Shown one piece after another: positions 61,836-64,000 of a stretch of DNA of 64,000 nucleotides (position 1 is its first letter; each line of letters opens with the position of its first letter). The notes beneath the pieces were generated by a model. It was not told the DNA's origin. It saw only the letters and a list, made by a program, of their open reading frames with translations, and did not search any database. Origin of the DNA: Rhina ancylostomus. Taxonomy: Eukaryota. Made by a program: the position numbers and the translations under genes. The stretch is from assembly GCA_030265395.1 (NCBI GenBank), contig JARFYF010000022.1, positions 30,409,120 through 30,473,119 on the forward strand, in the 5' to 3' direction.

Positions 61836-61994
61836 AATTCTCTATCTCATTCCTACACTCACCTTTCTATCTTTGCCTCACACTTTTTCAATGAAGTTCA
61901 ATGTAAACTCAAGAACTAGGAGTTCATCTTCTGACTAGGCATTCAGGGTTAAACAATAAGTTCAACTATTCCGGATAATTGACCATTCCAAATT

Positions 61995-62330
61995 ATATTT
62001 TGCATTTCCAGCAGTTTTCTTTTCTCTTCTTCTGGTATCTCAGATNNNNNNNNNNNNNNNNNNNNNNNNNNNNNNNNNNNNNNNNNNNNNNNNNNNNNNN
62101 NNNNNNNNNNNNNNNNNNNNNNNNNNNNNNNNNNNNNNNNNNNNNNNNNNNNNNNNNNNNNNNNNNNNNNNNNNNNNNNNNNNNNNNNNNNNNNNNNNNN
62201 NNNNNNNNNNNNNNNNNNNNNNNNNNNNCTGTTTCCTTCCAAATGGTTACTGACCTGAAATGTGAACTCTGCTCCTCTCCTCACAGATGCTGCCTGTTGC
62301 GTATTTCCAGCAGTTTCTGTTTTATTGAAT
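61995..62330 (+). mobile_element. Penelope-type repeat copies in the opposite orientation, spanning a gap
   Basis: GCATTTCCAGCAGTTTTC… [gap] …GGTTACTGACCTGAAATGTGAACTCTG…TCACAGATGCTGCCTG…TATTTCCAGCAGTTTCTGTTTTATT. Confidence 0.7.
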
Positions 62331-62344
62331 TCTTACTAATGGCG

Positions 62345-62582
62345 GCCATACATTATGGGATTGTCATAAATGCCTCTCTCGCTCACTTATGTCCATCAGG
62401 GAAGGATGTTTGTCACTCTCACTCAGTCTGGTCTTTGGATAATTCAAGATCCATAGTAACATGGTCGACTCTTAAACACCGGTTAAATGGCCCAAAAAGG
62501 CATGCGGTTCAAGGCTGATTAAGGCAGGCAATAAATACTGCCCAATGTAGCAAAAACCCAATCCAATAAATAAATAAGAAAA
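62345..62582 (+). mobile_element. tRNA-SINE body and 3' tail (same family as 43030-43262)
   Basis: GATTGTCATAAA…GCTCACTTATGTCCATCAGGGAAGGA…GTCTGGTCT…ATGGTCGACTCTTAA…AAATGGCCC…GGCAATAAATACTGCC. Confidence 0.7.
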
Positions 62583-63413
62583 ACACTTAAGAATACCAGA
62601 GCATGTAAGACATGCATAGAAGTATTTAATTAAAGATAGTTATTGTTCTTTAACAGAATAAATGGTCACCATTCCATTAATCATAACACACTCACCTAAG
62701 AATTAAGCTTCATATTTTTTATAGCAAACTATTCCTGTTGTCAGCCAATAAAAAGATAGTTTAATTACACATTCAGCAGACTAAAAATTCTCTTTTCATT
62801 CCCAAGAAAAGGCTAAAATTATAATCTATCAAGGCTTTTTGTGTGGAAAGGTTAGCTATTAAGTAGTTCATCCTACCTTTGCCCATGACTCAGCAATTTC
62901 AAATATCTCAATTCAAACAAAATCAACACCCAAAAGTATGTCTATGATACAAAACTGACTTATCTATGTGCTAGCAGAGATGTTTTCTGAAATTTCTCTT
63001 GCACTAACCTAGTTAGTTATTGTTGTTCCTCTTGTCAGTGTGAATAAGTTGTAAGGACTGACTCTCCCCATAAAAAGATGTGAAAAGTGAATGGCATGGT
63101 GCAATGCCTCTTTTCTTGGTGCATAATTGTAAATCACAGATAAGACGGGTCTTATTAGCCTGAAGCTACTCAAGTGCGCTTTATGACTGAGGTAGAAGAG
63201 CAGATAAACATTGAAGAGTTTTGGTATTAAAGAATATACTAGAGAAAGGAATACTAATTAAACTCTTTAAATGACCTCAAAGCACTATTATTATGACAAC
63301 CATCGGATATCCTTTTTAACCACGCCAATCCTATACACTGGCTTTGGCTACCAAACCAAAATGGTTTTGTTAACCGTGTGTGAACTCAAAAGGGAAAAGG
63401 AGCCCATGCCTAC

Positions 63414-63624
63414 CGTCTTGTTCAGTCTTTGTCATTTCTTCGAGCTTCTTCTGTTTCAATGTGTCCACCACATCAGCTAAGCTTCCTTTGCGTCTCTCAG
63501 GTGTTCCAAAAGCTGCACTAGTGATCATGTCACTGCGCTCGCGGGCCCCTTCTTCTGGCTTGTGCGGTGAGGTAGTTGCATTGCGGAAGGAGTACAAGGA
63601 ACAGACTTTGTTGTTGTCAGAATC
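63414..63624 (-). CDS. SOX6: SOX6 (SoxD transcription factor) internal coding exon, 211 nt, phase 0 to phase 1
   Basis: Translates as [70 protein letters not shown] plus 1 nt. This closely matches vertebrate SOX6 as I recall it ([26 protein letters not shown]…[32 protein letters not shown]). Minus-strand acceptor ttttcttctttttaatAG (AG at 63626-63625); donor G|GTAGGC (GT at 63413-63412). Confidence 0.96.
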
Positions 63625-64000
63625 CTATTAAAAAGAAGAAAATGATGTATTGGCACAATCCTACTCAGCAGCAACATGAAATTGCTGTGGTATCTTCTAG
63701 TAAGTCACTTTCAAATGTTTAATTCACACTCTCATCCAACTCAGCTATTTTCTTCCCTCATTTGGGAGAACCAAATGATTCAGAAAAATGTTATCACCAT
63801 GAACACCATTCATGCCATTCTTCATTTACTTATATGACATTCAGTAGAATTCTAACAGTTACAATTCCTTCTTTCCCAAACAAAAGACACAAGGAAAAGC
63901 TCAAGGAAACATATGGTTCCATAAATCAAATGAGACTGGAATCCTAACCTTTATGAATAATACCAAATCAAATATTGTGATGTCTGTCTAATTGGTTAGT

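Larger units (their letters stand above)
1..63413 (-). other. SOX6: Long SOX6 intron downstream of the exon (probably continues beyond window start)
   Basis: GT donor at 63413. No sequence encoding the expected next exon (SSCMEKLLSKDWKEKMERL) was found by eye. SoxD genes are known to have very long introns. The exon could be hidden in an N-gap. Confidence 0.75.

Noticed and set aside
1-63400. The many 60-150 aa ORFs in the six-frame track as genes
   Set aside because: This is eukaryotic intron sequence. The ORFs are chance frames, TE fragments, or artificially extended through N-runs (X stretches).
63370-63597. ORF-track 75-aa protein as a standalone gene
   Set aside because: It is the SOX6 exon read from an internal TTG and running past the GT donor; the [14 protein letters not shown] tail is intron.
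63414-63624. SOX5 or SOX13 identity
   Set aside because: [19 protein letters not shown] is shared by SoxD genes, but [12 protein letters not shown] and [11 protein letters not shown] match SOX6 specifically.
1-64000. Prokaryotic features (CRISPR arrays, operons, rRNA, IS elements)
   Set aside because: None seen; the sequence is vertebrate, with no regularly spaced repeat-spacer array.

Overview
This is AT-rich vertebrate genomic DNA from a draft assembly with 12 N-gaps. The repeat content (HE1/V-SINE, SacSINE1/DeuSINE, CR1/HER1, L2, Tx1, LF-SINE-like) points to an elasmobranch (shark or ray). The only host coding sequence I can support is one 211-nt internal exon of SOX6 on the minus strand (63414-63624). 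Everything to its left appears to be one very long SOX6 intron; I did not find the next exon (…MEKLLSKDWKEKM…) by eye. The intron is a mosaic of decayed retrotransposons, two Tigger-like MITEs and repeat-poor blocks that look like conserved enhancers. The most notable signal is a dispersed family of about 9 Penelope-type repeats carrying a minimal type-I hammerhead ribozyme motif (AGTT-CTGATGA-stemII-GAAAC-GTT-AACT). It includes a back-to-back inverted pair, and every copy here has at least one damaged core or stem position. Repeat family names come from recalled consensus motifs, not database searches, and repeat boundaries are approximate unless a TSD is given.
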